A stretch of 64,000 nt of DNA from Bacteroidia bacterium. Its GTDB lineage: Bacteria; Bacteroidota; Bacteroidia; Bacteroidales; GWA2-32-17. Both the position numbers and the translations under genes were made by a program. The DNA lies in contig JACREQ010000012.1 of NCBI GenBank assembly GCA_016218155.1, forward strand, positions 15,064 to 79,063, written 5' to 3'. Positions 1 through 9,554 of the stretch are shown piece by piece (positions within the stretch are counted from its first letter, which is position 1; the number at the start of each line of letters is the position of its first letter). The notes below the pieces were generated by a model. That model was given only the letters and a program-made list of their open reading frames with translations, did not search any database and was not told the origin of the DNA.

Positions 1-313
1 TTGAAGTTTGTATTGAAATTTCTTTAAGATCGCTTATTCCTAATAATAACAAAGTGAAAAATAATAAAATAAAATTCAAAATATAGGCCCATTTTTTTAA
101 TTTAAGAATAAAAATACTTGTAGCTGCAATATTTAAACTAAAAACTAAAATTAGCAAACTGTAAAGTCCCATTGCAACATTATGCATAGCATCAAATTCA
201 CTTGATGGCATAGGACTATTTAAGGAAATTAATGAAAGAATAATATTAGAAATTGAATATAAAATTAAGAGTATAGTGGTTGATAAAAGTAGAATTGACG
301 GATAAATCTTCAT
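1..313 (-). CDS. Hypothetical multi-pass membrane protein, 3' end runs off the window
   Basis: Translated by hand from ATG at 313: MKIYPSILLLSTTILLILYSISNIILSLISLN...KWAYILNFILLFFTLLLLG; open to base 1, about three hydrophobic segments; absent from the ORF track because it is truncated. Confidence 0.65.
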   Translation of the reverse strand, partial: MKIYPSILLLSTTILLILYSISNIILSLISLNSPMPSSEFDAMHNVAMGLYSLLILVFSLNIAATSIFILKLKKWAYILNFILLFFTLLLLGISDLKEISIQTS

Positions 314-333
314 GAAAATCAGTAATTAAAGAA

Positions 334-882
334 TTAATATTTCGGATTCCATGGAATCTCTTTTGCATTTTGCAATTTTGAAATATATCTTGCAAAAACA
401 AATAAATAATCTGATAAACGGTTTAGGAATTTAATCACTAATTCATCTACTTTGTGATTCTGGCTAAGAGCAAGAGTATGTCTTTCTGCACGACGGCAAA
501 CTGTTCTGCAAATGTGAGCTTGTGAAACCAAAGGGTGACCACCTGGTAGAATAAACGAATGTAATGGTTCAAGCTGTTTCTCCATTTCATCAATTTCTGA
601 TTCTAATTTTTCTATATCTGCTTCAATTAATATCGGAAGTTTTAAGTTACACCCATCGCAATCTGTTGCTAGTATTGTAGCACAGGTCATAAGCCTATCC
701 TGAATAAAAAGTAAATTTTCCTTTATGTTATTATCAGAAATCTGATCTCTTAACAAACCTACATGAGAAATTAATTCATCAACTGTTCCGTAGGCTTCTA
801 TACGTTCGTGAAATTTCTGAACCCTTTTACCACCTATTAGTGAAGTTGTTCCTTTATCTCCGGTTTTAGTGTATATTTTCAT
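334..882 (-). CDS. pduO: PduO-type ATP:cob(I)alamin adenosyltransferase
   Basis: [38 protein letters not shown] and LNRLSDYLF motifs. Confidence 0.93.
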   Translation of the reverse strand: MKIYTKTGDKGTTSLIGGKRVQKFHERIEAYGTVDELISHVGLLRDQISDNNIKENLLFIQDRLMTCATILATDCDGCNLKLPILIEADIEKLESEIDEMEKQLEPLHSFILPGGHPLVSQAHICRTVCRRAERHTLALSQNHKVDELVIKFLNRLSDYLFVFARYISKLQNAKEIPWNPKY

Positions 883-1594
883 TTAAAAGACTCATATTAA
901 TTCGTTCTGTGTTTTGTAAATCAGATTCAATTCTGCCGTCCTTTAATCTGATTATTCTATGAGCATATCTGGCAATATCTTCTTCATGGGTTACTAAAAT
1001 AATTGTATTGCCTTTTTTATGAATATCATCTATAAGACGCATAATTTCAACTGAGGTTTTAGAATCTAAATTTCCTGTTGGTTCATCGGCCAAAATTATA
1101 GAAGGGTTATTAACCATAGCACGAGCAATAGCTACACGCTGGCGTTGACCACCGCTTAATTCATTAGGTTTGTGTTTCATTCTGTCAGAAAGTCCCACAT
1201 TATTCAATACATCTATGCCTCTGTTATTTCTTTCTGCTTTGCTTTTTCCAGAATAAACCAATGGCAGAATTACATTTTCCAATGCATTATATCTTGGCAT
1301 CAGGTTAAATGTTTGAAAAACAAAACCAATTTCAATATTTCTGACTTCGGCAAGCTCATTGTCACTCATTCTGCTAACATCTTTTTTGTTAAGAAAATAT
1401 TCCCCAGAGGAAGGAGTATCCAGGCAGCCTAATAAATTCATTAAAGTAGATTTTCCTGAACCTGATGGCCCCATTATGGCAACATATTCATTTCTGAGAA
1501 TTGTCAGATCAATATTACGAAGAGCTTTTACTACCTCGGTTCCAATTTGGTAGTATTTATAGATTTTTTTAAGTGTGATTATTTCTTCGCTCAT
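866..1594 (-). CDS. ABC transporter ATP-binding protein (MacB/LolD-like)
   Basis: Walker [48 protein letters not shown]. Confidence 0.93.
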   Translation of the reverse strand: MSEEIITLKKIYKYYQIGTEVVKALRNIDLTILRNEYVAIMGPSGSGKSTLMNLLGCLDTPSSGEYFLNKKDVSRMSDNELAEVRNIEIGFVFQTFNLMPRYNALENVILPLVYSGKSKAERNNRGIDVLNNVGLSDRMKHKPNELSGGQRQRVAIARAMVNNPSIILADEPTGNLDSKTSVEIMRLIDDIHKKGNTIILVTHEEDIARYAHRIIRLKDGRIESDLQNTERINMSLLNENIH

Positions 1595-1649
1595 TTTTCT
1601 TATTTAAAAGTGTAATGCAAGTTAGCAATATTTAAGTAAAGAAATTGGA

Positions 1650-2435
1650 TTAAAATCTTATAGTAAAATCTTGCTTTGTTAATTCATTATGAAAGAATAC
1701 AAGTCCAAGTTGAAATAAATCAACTGATAATGTTACATTCTTATTTTTTCTGATTTCATTCCATGCTTCTTCCATCTCTTCTGACCAATGAATATCATCA
1801 AAAATAAAAAGTGAATTATTATTAATAAATGGAATACATTTTTCGAAATAATCTAATGTAGCTTTTTTTGTATGATTGCCGTCAAAATAAACAATACCTA
1901 AGGTGCGTAAATCAAAAAAAGTTAGTGGCAATACTTCTTCAAATTTGCCATTTACAATTGTAATATTATTTGCATTTGCCAATGTAAATGTATCCTGTGC
2001 AATTTTTGCAGTTTCACTACACCCTTCAATTGTAACAACCTTTGCATTAGGATTGCCTAAAGCAAGATAAGATGCACTTAAGCCCAGCGAGGATCCAAGT
2101 TCCAATATCGTTTCTGGTTTGTAATATGCTGCCAGCCTGTATAACAATTTACCATATTTTTTCTTTATTGTACAGTACTTTGTTATTTCTGAAATTTTTC
2201 TGCTATTTGTTTCAAAAACTTTTGATCCTGCACCGAAATCTGTAACAGTTATAACTTTATCTGATTCAAGTAATTCTTTTCTTATTAAATCAAGTTTACG
2301 ATATGCAATTTTGTCGCTTTTGTCATTAAAAATTAAAGTAATTAAATCAAACAGAAAAGGAGAATGAATTCCAAATCCTTTCTCATGTTTAGAGCACAAA
2401 AGATATTTTAATTTACTTAAGATTGGGTTTGACAT
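1650..2435 (-). CDS. Class I SAM-dependent O-methyltransferase (Methyltransf_24-like)
   Basis: GIHSPF, ILELGSSLG, TIEG, YFDGNH and FDDIHWS motifs. Confidence 0.85.
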   Translation of the reverse strand: MSNPILSKLKYLLCSKHEKGFGIHSPFLFDLITLIFNDKSDKIAYRKLDLIRKELLESDKVITVTDFGAGSKVFETNSRKISEITKYCTIKKKYGKLLYRLAAYYKPETILELGSSLGLSASYLALGNPNAKVVTIEGCSETAKIAQDTFTLANANNITIVNGKFEEVLPLTFFDLRTLGIVYFDGNHTKKATLDYFEKCIPFINNNSLFIFDDIHWSEEMEEAWNEIRKNKNVTLSVDLFQLGLVFFHNELTKQDFTIRF

Positions 2436-2526
2436 CCTGCAAAGATGGATAATTATTACGAAATATATAAATTATTTCTATATTTTGTATTGGTTTTAAG
2501 GTATTTTAATAAAAATTTAAATTGTG

Positions 2527-2534
2527 TATCTTTG
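2527..2534 (+). promoter_or_regulatory. Bacteroidota -7 promoter box of rnpB
   Basis: TATCTTTG matches TAnnTTTG and ends 6 nt before the RNA 5' helix. Confidence 0.75.
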
Positions 2535-2540
2535 CAAGAT

Positions 2541-2884
2541 GCAGACTGTTCTATCGCTCCGTATTTATTTGCGGGGAGGAAAGTCCGGGCAGTGCAGAGC
2601 GTCACACTTCCTAACTGGAAGATACCTGCAAGGGTATAGCAATGCAACAGAAAACAACCGCCACAATTTATTGTGGTAAGGGCGAAAAGGTGGGGTAAGA
2701 GCCTACCAGTGTTGTGGTAACATAACAGCTGTGTACCTTGTGAGCTGCAAGACCATGTAAACCGGCGCTATAGGATTGCTCGTCCAATGCCGGAGGGTAG
2801 GTTGCTAGATTTCGTGAGTGATTGCGAAACAAGACAAATGATAGAAATCCCTTATGGGAAACAGAACCCGGCTTATAGGTCTGC
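2541..2884 (+). ncRNA. rnpB: RNase P RNA (bacterial class A)
   Basis: GAGGAAAGTCC at 2576-2586 and ACAGAACCCGGCTTAT at 2861-2876 (the two P4 strands); terminal GCAGAC/GTCTGC P1 helix; GC-rich island in AT-rich DNA. Confidence 0.96.
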
Positions 2885-2892
2885 TATCTTAT

Positions 2893-2928
2893 AAAATGCA
2901 GTGAGGTCGAATGACCTGACTGCATTTT
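2893..2928. terminator. Bidirectional intrinsic terminator between convergent rnpB and kdsA
   Basis: AAAATGCAGTGAGGTC-gaat-GACCTGACTGCATTTT inverted repeat with one mismatch and A/T tails. Confidence 0.8.
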
Positions 2929-3734
2929 TAGTTTATTACTTTCTTTATTTTAACAAGCTTTTCAAGCAAGCCTTCTAATAAGTCAAGTTTTAACATATTT
3001 GCGCCATCAGATAATGCTTTTGATGGGTCGGGGTGAGTTTCAATAAACAAACCATCTACGCCAACTGCGACACCTGCTTTTGATATAGTTTCAATAAGTT
3101 CTGGTAATCCACCTGTAACTCCGGTTGATTGATTAGGCTGTTGTAGTGAATGAGTACAATCTAAAACAACAGGATATCCGAATTTCTGCATTATTGGTAA
3201 ACTTCTGTAATCAACAACTAAATCGCCGTATCCAAAGGTTGTTCCTCGTTCGGTAAGTAAAATGTTTGAATTTCCGGTAGTTTTAACTTTGTCAGCTACA
3301 AACTTCATTGCTTCTGGTGATACAAATTGTCCTTTTTTTATATTTACTGGTAAACCTGTTTTTCCAGCTGCTAAAAGTAAATCGGTTTGACGACATAAAA
3401 ATGCAGGAATCTGAAGCATATCAACATATTTTGAAGCAAGTTCTGCATCTTCGGTGCTGTGAATATCGGTAATTACCGGTACTTTTAATGATTCTTTTAT
3501 CTCTTTTATAATTTCTAATGCTTGAATATCTCCAATACCTGAAAATGAACTAATACTTGAACGGTTTGCTTTTTTATATGAAGCTTTAAAAATAAAAGGT
3601 ATCTCAAATTTTTCACACAGTGCTTTAACTTTTTCAGCAACCATAAAAGTTATTTCATGGCTCTCAACAACGCATGGACCTGCAATAAGGAAAAAGTTTT
3701 TATTTTTTAATATATTATTGTAAATCGAGTTCAT
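2928..3734 (-). CDS. kdsA: 3-deoxy-D-manno-octulosonate 8-phosphate synthase
   Basis: IAGPCVVES, KASYKKANRSS, QIPAFLCRQT, NIKKGQF, ERGTTFGY, ETHPDP..ALSDG. Confidence 0.96.
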   Translation of the reverse strand: MNSIYNNILKNKNFFLIAGPCVVESHEITFMVAEKVKALCEKFEIPFIFKASYKKANRSSISSFSGIGDIQALEIIKEIKESLKVPVITDIHSTEDAELASKYVDMLQIPAFLCRQTDLLLAAGKTGLPVNIKKGQFVSPEAMKFVADKVKTTGNSNILLTERGTTFGYGDLVVDYRSLPIMQKFGYPVVLDCTHSLQQPNQSTGVTGGLPELIETISKAGVAVGVDGLFIETHPDPSKALSDGANMLKLDLLEGLLEKLVKIKKVIN

Positions 3735-3820
3735 TGTATATTTTTTTACGAAAATACTTTAATTTTTATTCTATGTCAAATAATTTATCATAACAAATTA
3801 TAATAAATTAAAGTATGAAA

Positions 3821-5089
3821 TTAAAACTTATAAGATACCCCTACCATTATGCTTCTTGCATATGCTTCACGAGGAAAAATAAATCCTGTTAGATCACCAG
3901 ATGATAAAGTTGCTGCAAATTTTTTATTAGGTTTTATTTTTAATAATATTCCTGCATTAAATCCTGCGAATCCTCCATAGTTTTCAATTAATCCAATATT
4001 CAGCCATTTTGAAACCTTAGCAGTTTGAACAGCATAAAATTGTGGAAGAGGTTGCCCGGTGTCAAATATATAACTCATTCCAATTATAGCAGAGTTTAAG
4101 AAACCTGACCATTCTTTTTTAATTTCCAAACTGAGTTTTTCAGGAATAGTAACTTTAAATGGTACTGTGTCATTGTTGTTATATAAAATATCCATTAAAC
4201 TGTCTTTTGACATTCCATGAATATTTTCCTGAGCAACATTTAAAATATTTGTTATTTCAATACCATCAAAGTGAATTGCTGTATCTAGGTTAGAGTAGTA
4301 GCTTTTTTTAGACCACGAAATAAATCCCAAATCCTGACTTGCAAATGTAAAGCTAAGTTTAGAGTCTATATCTTCAACTGTAAAAATAGCATCGCATGAA
4401 AATCCTATTCCATTAAAGTCGCTAATTCTTTTGTGGGACTGATCTGATGTTAGGTATGATAATTTTGTGTTTAAGTCTAAATAACTTCCGTCATCGGCAG
4501 TGTAGAATGATCCTTCAAATATATTCAAAGATTGTATCTGTTGTCCCTTAAGTAAATTCAGTCCGAAATAGATGTTTACTCTGGTTTCATTATCACTGTA
4601 ATTTTTAAATAATCCGAGTTCTAACTTTTGGTAATCAATCGATCTGAATTTTGTATTGCTGAAATTAACAGATTCTCCTGCAAATTGTTTATTACCGAAA
4701 AATATTAGGTTATATAAATCATCACTAAAATTAACTGATCTGAATTGTTTATGTGCTATTCCGATTCTATAACCGAAATTTGATAACCCCCACATTGAAT
4801 CGGGCATATTTGCAATATAAATTTCTGAAAAAAGATCTGTTCCTAAAATGTTTTTTCCTTTTAGGTGGTTTGAACTTTTTAAATCATCATCAATAAAACC
4901 ACTTTTAAAAAGTGTTGTCGCAAATTTATTATTAATAGAATTTGATCCCAGATATGAATAAAAATTTGCACCTGTTTCTGTAAAGATAGAATCCTCGCTA
5001 TTTTTTATTTGAGATAATAATGGAACAACCTGTGCTTTTAAATTAAAACACAGAATAGAAAGTAAAATAATGTTTAAAACCTGCTTCAT
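3821..5089 (-). CDS. Outer-membrane beta-barrel protein (DUF5723-like)
   Basis: Signal peptide, amphipathic beta-strands, DLGFISW and FDG motifs, C-terminal aromatic residue (GVSYKF); 4-nt overlap with the upstream gene. Confidence 0.65.
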   Translation of the reverse strand: MKQVLNIILLSILCFNLKAQVVPLLSQIKNSEDSIFTETGANFYSYLGSNSINNKFATTLFKSGFIDDDLKSSNHLKGKNILGTDLFSEIYIANMPDSMWGLSNFGYRIGIAHKQFRSVNFSDDLYNLIFFGNKQFAGESVNFSNTKFRSIDYQKLELGLFKNYSDNETRVNIYFGLNLLKGQQIQSLNIFEGSFYTADDGSYLDLNTKLSYLTSDQSHKRISDFNGIGFSCDAIFTVEDIDSKLSFTFASQDLGFISWSKKSYYSNLDTAIHFDGIEITNILNVAQENIHGMSKDSLMDILYNNNDTVPFKVTIPEKLSLEIKKEWSGFLNSAIIGMSYIFDTGQPLPQFYAVQTAKVSKWLNIGLIENYGGFAGFNAGILLKIKPNKKFAATLSSGDLTGFIFPREAYARSIMVGVSYKF

Positions 5090-7194
5090 TTTTCTACTCT
5101 ATAACTAAAATCGCCTATAAGTTTAAAATCAATATAATAGTCGCTGTATATCTTAACATGTGTATGTGCAGGTTGTGTGTTAAATTTTGCTTCAATAATT
5201 AGCTTTTTAGATAAAAACAGACTTTGAAGTTTGGATTTTGTTAGCGGAATAATATTTTTTGAAATTCTTGGTTGTGTTACACGTTGAGATATAAGATTTA
5301 CCTGAGCTGCATCAATAAATATTGGTATAATTGAAAGAGAATCATAAATAACATTTAACTCATTTAGGAAATAAATTTTTGTAGATGCATCAATCGGATA
5401 CATATTAGTTGAGTTCAGTATTATACTTCCGCCATTAACATTGCTGATATCGGTATTTGCAAAATCAGGTGCAACAGTATCTCTAAGAACTAAGTTTCCT
5501 GCTATAAATGATAATGGGACTTCTATATTTAGTTTTGAGCTTACTTTATCTCCGTAATAAATAAAATCAGTTCCCGAGCCAGGAGCAGGAGGTGTAATTC
5601 CTTGGTTTATATCTAATGCAACACGATATCTGAATTTATTAGGTAAAATATTTATTAATTGATTAATATTTGAATTGGTATTGTTTAAATTGAATGTGTT
5701 AATTGTTGGAACAACGTCCACTAAAGTTGAGTGAGGATCGTTTGGTTTTGAAATATTAAAAGGAGAGGAGAGTGCAGTTCCTGAAAGAGATATGTTTGAA
5801 TTGTTATTTGTATTGATGCTTGTTAATTCTGTAATATTAGCTTGTGCATTAGTCCCAATCTGGTTTTCAACAGTAAGGCTAACCTTAATGTTATCAAAAC
5901 TAAGTTCGTCAATTTGTAAATCGTTAAGTACAGAAAAATTAATTGTAGAATCCTGTTCAATATGTCTGTTTCCAAAGAAACCACGGGCGTAATCGGGAAG
6001 AATGTTAGAGAATGAACAATTCACATAAATACTGTCATTCATTGTAAGACTTACAAAGTTTCCTGATGAATCTATACTACCTGTTAAAATGTAATTCAGG
6101 CTATTAATAGTGTCCTGATTTTTACCACTAAAATCGATTTTATATCCTGATAAATCCTGCGAGATAGTAGTGTGTGACGCATTGCCTCCTATGGCTGCTG
6201 GTATAATTCCTGATAATGTAAGAGGTACATTATTTAATTTTGCTCCGGGTAATTGAAATTGATAATGCATTGATTCCTCAATAGTATTAAAAATATCTAC
6301 ACTAATCTGTCCGGTTTTTGCCCATGCTTCTGATATTTGTAAATTGTCAGTAGTATTAATAACAGCATCATTGTTGTAATTTATTATTTCCTGAGATGGG
6401 AATCGGGCAATTGCAGAATCAATTTTAATGTCTCTTACGGTTATCGAAGTTGTAGCAGATTGACTTGTGTCAATTGTTGCAGGAATACCCGAGCCTGGAG
6501 AACTGATAGTAACATCTCCCCACATTAAGTTTTCAATCATTACATTTGTTAGAAACTCGGTTTTTGTTTGTGATGTACCTGAAGGTATAACTAGAAAACT
6601 GTCAGTTAATAGTACAATGCCACTCACTTTATTTTTTAACCGAAAAATAATATTAGTTAGTGTAATAGGAAGATGATTTTCTATCTTAATATCAATGTAT
6701 GCCTGGTTTACAGAAATAGTCTGAAAATAACTTCCAGCATCAACAACAATACTGTCAAATGACATTGGAGCAATAGCAGAAATTGTAGTTTGAGTTCCGG
6801 TGTTATGTGCTGTCATTATTGTTTCGTATAAACCACCAGTTGGTCCATTTGTTATTTTGTCTTGCTCTGCAATTGAGCCAAGAGATACACTATGAACGAT
6901 ATTTATCGGACTGATATTTATCGTACTAAGTTTTGCCGAATAAGTAATTGAAGTATCGGGTAATTCAGCTATAGTATCAAGTCTGATATCTGCCAGAGGA
7001 GTTTGATAAATAAGAGAAATACTACTGTCAGAATTTACTTGTATAAGACTATCGGCAACAATCTGATTTAATGTCAGCTTAGTTTTTGCAATAGGACTTA
7101 GTAAATTTACATCCCATTGAGGATGAATGTCTTCTTTTCTGCACGAAAATAAAACCGTTAAAATAAATAATATAAGAATCCCAGATTTTCTCAC
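5086..7194 (-). CDS. Large beta-rich lipoprotein of unknown function
   Basis: GTG start, lipobox LFSC followed by RKED (resembles the Bacteroidota surface-export signal), Ser/Thr/Ile/Asn-rich. Confidence 0.7.
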   Translation of the reverse strand: MRKSGILILFILTVLFSCRKEDIHPQWDVNLLSPIAKTKLTLNQIVADSLIQVNSDSSISLIYQTPLADIRLDTIAELPDTSITYSAKLSTINISPINIVHSVSLGSIAEQDKITNGPTGGLYETIMTAHNTGTQTTISAIAPMSFDSIVVDAGSYFQTISVNQAYIDIKIENHLPITLTNIIFRLKNKVSGIVLLTDSFLVIPSGTSQTKTEFLTNVMIENLMWGDVTISSPGSGIPATIDTSQSATTSITVRDIKIDSAIARFPSQEIINYNNDAVINTTDNLQISEAWAKTGQISVDIFNTIEESMHYQFQLPGAKLNNVPLTLSGIIPAAIGGNASHTTISQDLSGYKIDFSGKNQDTINSLNYILTGSIDSSGNFVSLTMNDSIYVNCSFSNILPDYARGFFGNRHIEQDSTINFSVLNDLQIDELSFDNIKVSLTVENQIGTNAQANITELTSINTNNNSNISLSGTALSSPFNISKPNDPHSTLVDVVPTINTFNLNNTNSNINQLINILPNKFRYRVALDINQGITPPAPGSGTDFIYYGDKVSSKLNIEVPLSFIAGNLVLRDTVAPDFANTDISNVNGGSIILNSTNMYPIDASTKIYFLNELNVIYDSLSIIPIFIDAAQVNLISQRVTQPRISKNIIPLTKSKLQSLFLSKKLIIEAKFNTQPAHTHVKIYSDYYIDFKLIGDFSYRVEK

Positions 7195-7264
7195 TATGTA
7201 GTTCAGACTTATATTACAATAAAAAAGTTGCTTTATTGTTAAATATTAAAAATTTACAGTATAA

Positions 7265-9370
7265 TTATAATAGCCCTCTGCTTTTAAGTAAAGGCTCAAT
7301 TTTAGCCTCACGACCACGGAAATTAACATACATTTTAGTAGGATCTTCGGTGCCGTCTTTTTCCAATACATTTTTTCGGAAAGCAGTTGCAGTTTCTTTA
7401 TCGAAAATGCCTTTTTCTTTAAATGCTTCAAATGCGTCATTGTCAAGAACTGCAGACCAGATGTATCCGTAATAACCTGCATCATAACCACCGGTTATGT
7501 GTCCAAAATATGTACTTCTATAACGTGAGTCAATTTCTGGAATAAGTCCCAGCTTCTGGAAATATTCTTTTTCGAATTTAGCAATGTCAATTTCTTTAAT
7601 GTCTTTTTGTGTATGATAAGCCATATCAAGGAATGACGCAGCCAGGTATTCTGTTGTAACAAATCCCTGATTAAATAAACCACCTTTATTAAGTTTTTCA
7701 ATTAGTTCATCAGGAATAATTTCGCCGGTCTTATAATGTTTAGCGTATAATGTTAAAACATCTTTGTTAAATGCCCAGTGCTCCATTAACTGGCTTGGAA
7801 GTTCAACAAAATCCTGTGCAACATAATTTGTTGAATATGTGTTTTTACTTAGTAAACCCTCAACAGCATGTCCAAATTCGTGGAATAAAGTTTCAGTTTC
7901 GTCCATACTTAATAATGATGGAGAGTCTTTTGTAGGTTTTGTGAAATTACAAACAACTGTAATTACAGGAGTAACAGGTTTTCCGTCTTTTACATGATAT
8001 GATCGATAGCCATCGCACCATGCACCACCTTCTTTGCTTTCTCTTGGGTAAAAATCCATATAAAGTACTCCGAGATGTGAACCGTCAGCTTCTTTAACTT
8101 CAAAAGCAGTTGCATCGGCATGAGGCAGTGGTATATCTTTAATCGGTTCGAAAGTTAAACCGTACAATTTGTTAGCTACTGTAAATGCGCCATCTCTAAC
8201 ATTCTCAAGTTTAAAAAATGGTCGTACTGCATTTTCATCAATATCGTATTTTTCTTTATGAAGTTTTTCAGCATAATATCCCCAATCCCATGCTTCAAGT
8301 TTAAATTTTCCACCTTCTTTATTAATAATAGATTGTAATTCTTTGGCTTCATTTTTTGCAACTTTAATTGCAGGTACCCATAAACGGTCAAGTAATTCAA
8401 AAACTTTTTCTGGAGTTTTTGACATTCTACTTTCTAATTTGTAAGAAGCATAGTCTGCATAACCTAATAATTTTGCTTTTTGTGATCTTAATGTAACAAT
8501 TTTCGCTAGAATTGCTTTATTGTCATTTGTATTATTGTTGTTTCCTCTGTTTATATATGCTTTATATAGTTTTTCACGTAGGGTTCTGTTCTCTGAATAT
8601 TGTAAAAAAGGAATCATGCTAGATTTTGAAGTAGTAAAAACCCATTTATCTGGCATGCTGTCTTTTTGTGCTGTTTCTGAAGCTGCAGCTATTACTGATT
8701 CCGGTAAACCAGCAAGATCTTCTTTTTTGTCAACTATTAATTTGAAATCATTTGTTTCTGCTAATAAATTCTGATCAAAACTAACAACTTGTGAAGATAA
8801 TTCACTGTTAATTTTTTTAAGTTCTTCTTGTTTATCTTTTGGTAATAGTGCACCGTTTCTTACAAAACTCTTATAAATATTTTCTAATAGATAGAGTTGC
8901 TCCTCATTAAGATTAAACTTCTCTTTCTGTTGATATACAGATTTTATTTTTTCAAATAATTTTGGATTTAAAGTTAATTCATCTCTGTGAGAAGATAATT
9001 TTGGACTGATTTCCTCATTAATTTTTTGAATTTCTGCATTTGTATTTGCCGAGTTTAAGTTTGAAAAAACACTTCCTACTTTACCAAGTAATTCACCACT
9101 ATTCATATATGCTTCAATAGTGTTTGCAAAAGTAGGAGCTTCTGTGTTATCTACTATTGCTGCAATTTCTTCGTTTTGTTGTTTCATGCCTTCTTCAAAT
9201 GCAGGCAAGAAATGTTCAGGTTTTATTTTATCAAAAGGCGGTACTTCAAAAGGGGTTTCAAATTTATTTAGTAAAGGATTATCACTTGTTGCAGTAGTTT
9301 CGGTAGTACTGTTATTACAAGAAACTAGAATAAGCAAAGACAAACTAATTAAAAGCAAGTTCTTTTTCAT
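7265..9370 (-). CDS. dcp: M3 family peptidyl-dipeptidase (Dcp-like), lipoprotein
   Basis: Lipobox LVSC; PPFDKIK, GGAW, FHEFGH zinc motif, DFVELPSQ, GYDAGYYGYIW. Confidence 0.9.
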   Translation of the reverse strand: MKKNLLLISLSLLILVSCNNSTTETTATSDNPLLNKFETPFEVPPFDKIKPEHFLPAFEEGMKQQNEEIAAIVDNTEAPTFANTIEAYMNSGELLGKVGSVFSNLNSANTNAEIQKINEEISPKLSSHRDELTLNPKLFEKIKSVYQQKEKFNLNEEQLYLLENIYKSFVRNGALLPKDKQEELKKINSELSSQVVSFDQNLLAETNDFKLIVDKKEDLAGLPESVIAAASETAQKDSMPDKWVFTTSKSSMIPFLQYSENRTLREKLYKAYINRGNNNNTNDNKAILAKIVTLRSQKAKLLGYADYASYKLESRMSKTPEKVFELLDRLWVPAIKVAKNEAKELQSIINKEGGKFKLEAWDWGYYAEKLHKEKYDIDENAVRPFFKLENVRDGAFTVANKLYGLTFEPIKDIPLPHADATAFEVKEADGSHLGVLYMDFYPRESKEGGAWCDGYRSYHVKDGKPVTPVITVVCNFTKPTKDSPSLLSMDETETLFHEFGHAVEGLLSKNTYSTNYVAQDFVELPSQLMEHWAFNKDVLTLYAKHYKTGEIIPDELIEKLNKGGLFNQGFVTTEYLAASFLDMAYHTQKDIKEIDIAKFEKEYFQKLGLIPEIDSRYRSTYFGHITGGYDAGYYGYIWSAVLDNDAFEAFKEKGIFDKETATAFRKNVLEKDGTEDPTKMYVNFRGREAKIEPLLKSRGLL

Positions 9371-9391
9371 GATATGATTTTTTAAGTATTA

Positions 9392-9399
9392 CAAACTTA
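9392..9399 (-). promoter_or_regulatory. Putative -7 promoter box for dcp
   Basis: TAAGTTTG on the minus strand, 21 nt upstream of the start. Confidence 0.55.
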
Positions 9400-9554
9400 A
9401 TTATTTTAATAGAAAAGCCACGATTTTTAATAATAAAAATCTATAATTATTAATTAGTAAGGTTATAAAAGATTGTTTAGTGAATAAAAAACATCATAAG
9501 CAAATCTAATTCGAGAAATTGCTTTCTTATAATTGAATTTTTTGTGTCTAAATC

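Noticed and set aside
866..1650. Cobalamin riboswitch for pduO
   Set aside because: pduO overlaps the upstream ABC gene, and the short AT-rich spacer upstream has no room or motif for one
2445..2647. Short ORFs 2445-2639 (+) and 2456-2647 (-)
   Set aside because: They overlap the RNase P RNA and its promoter; spurious
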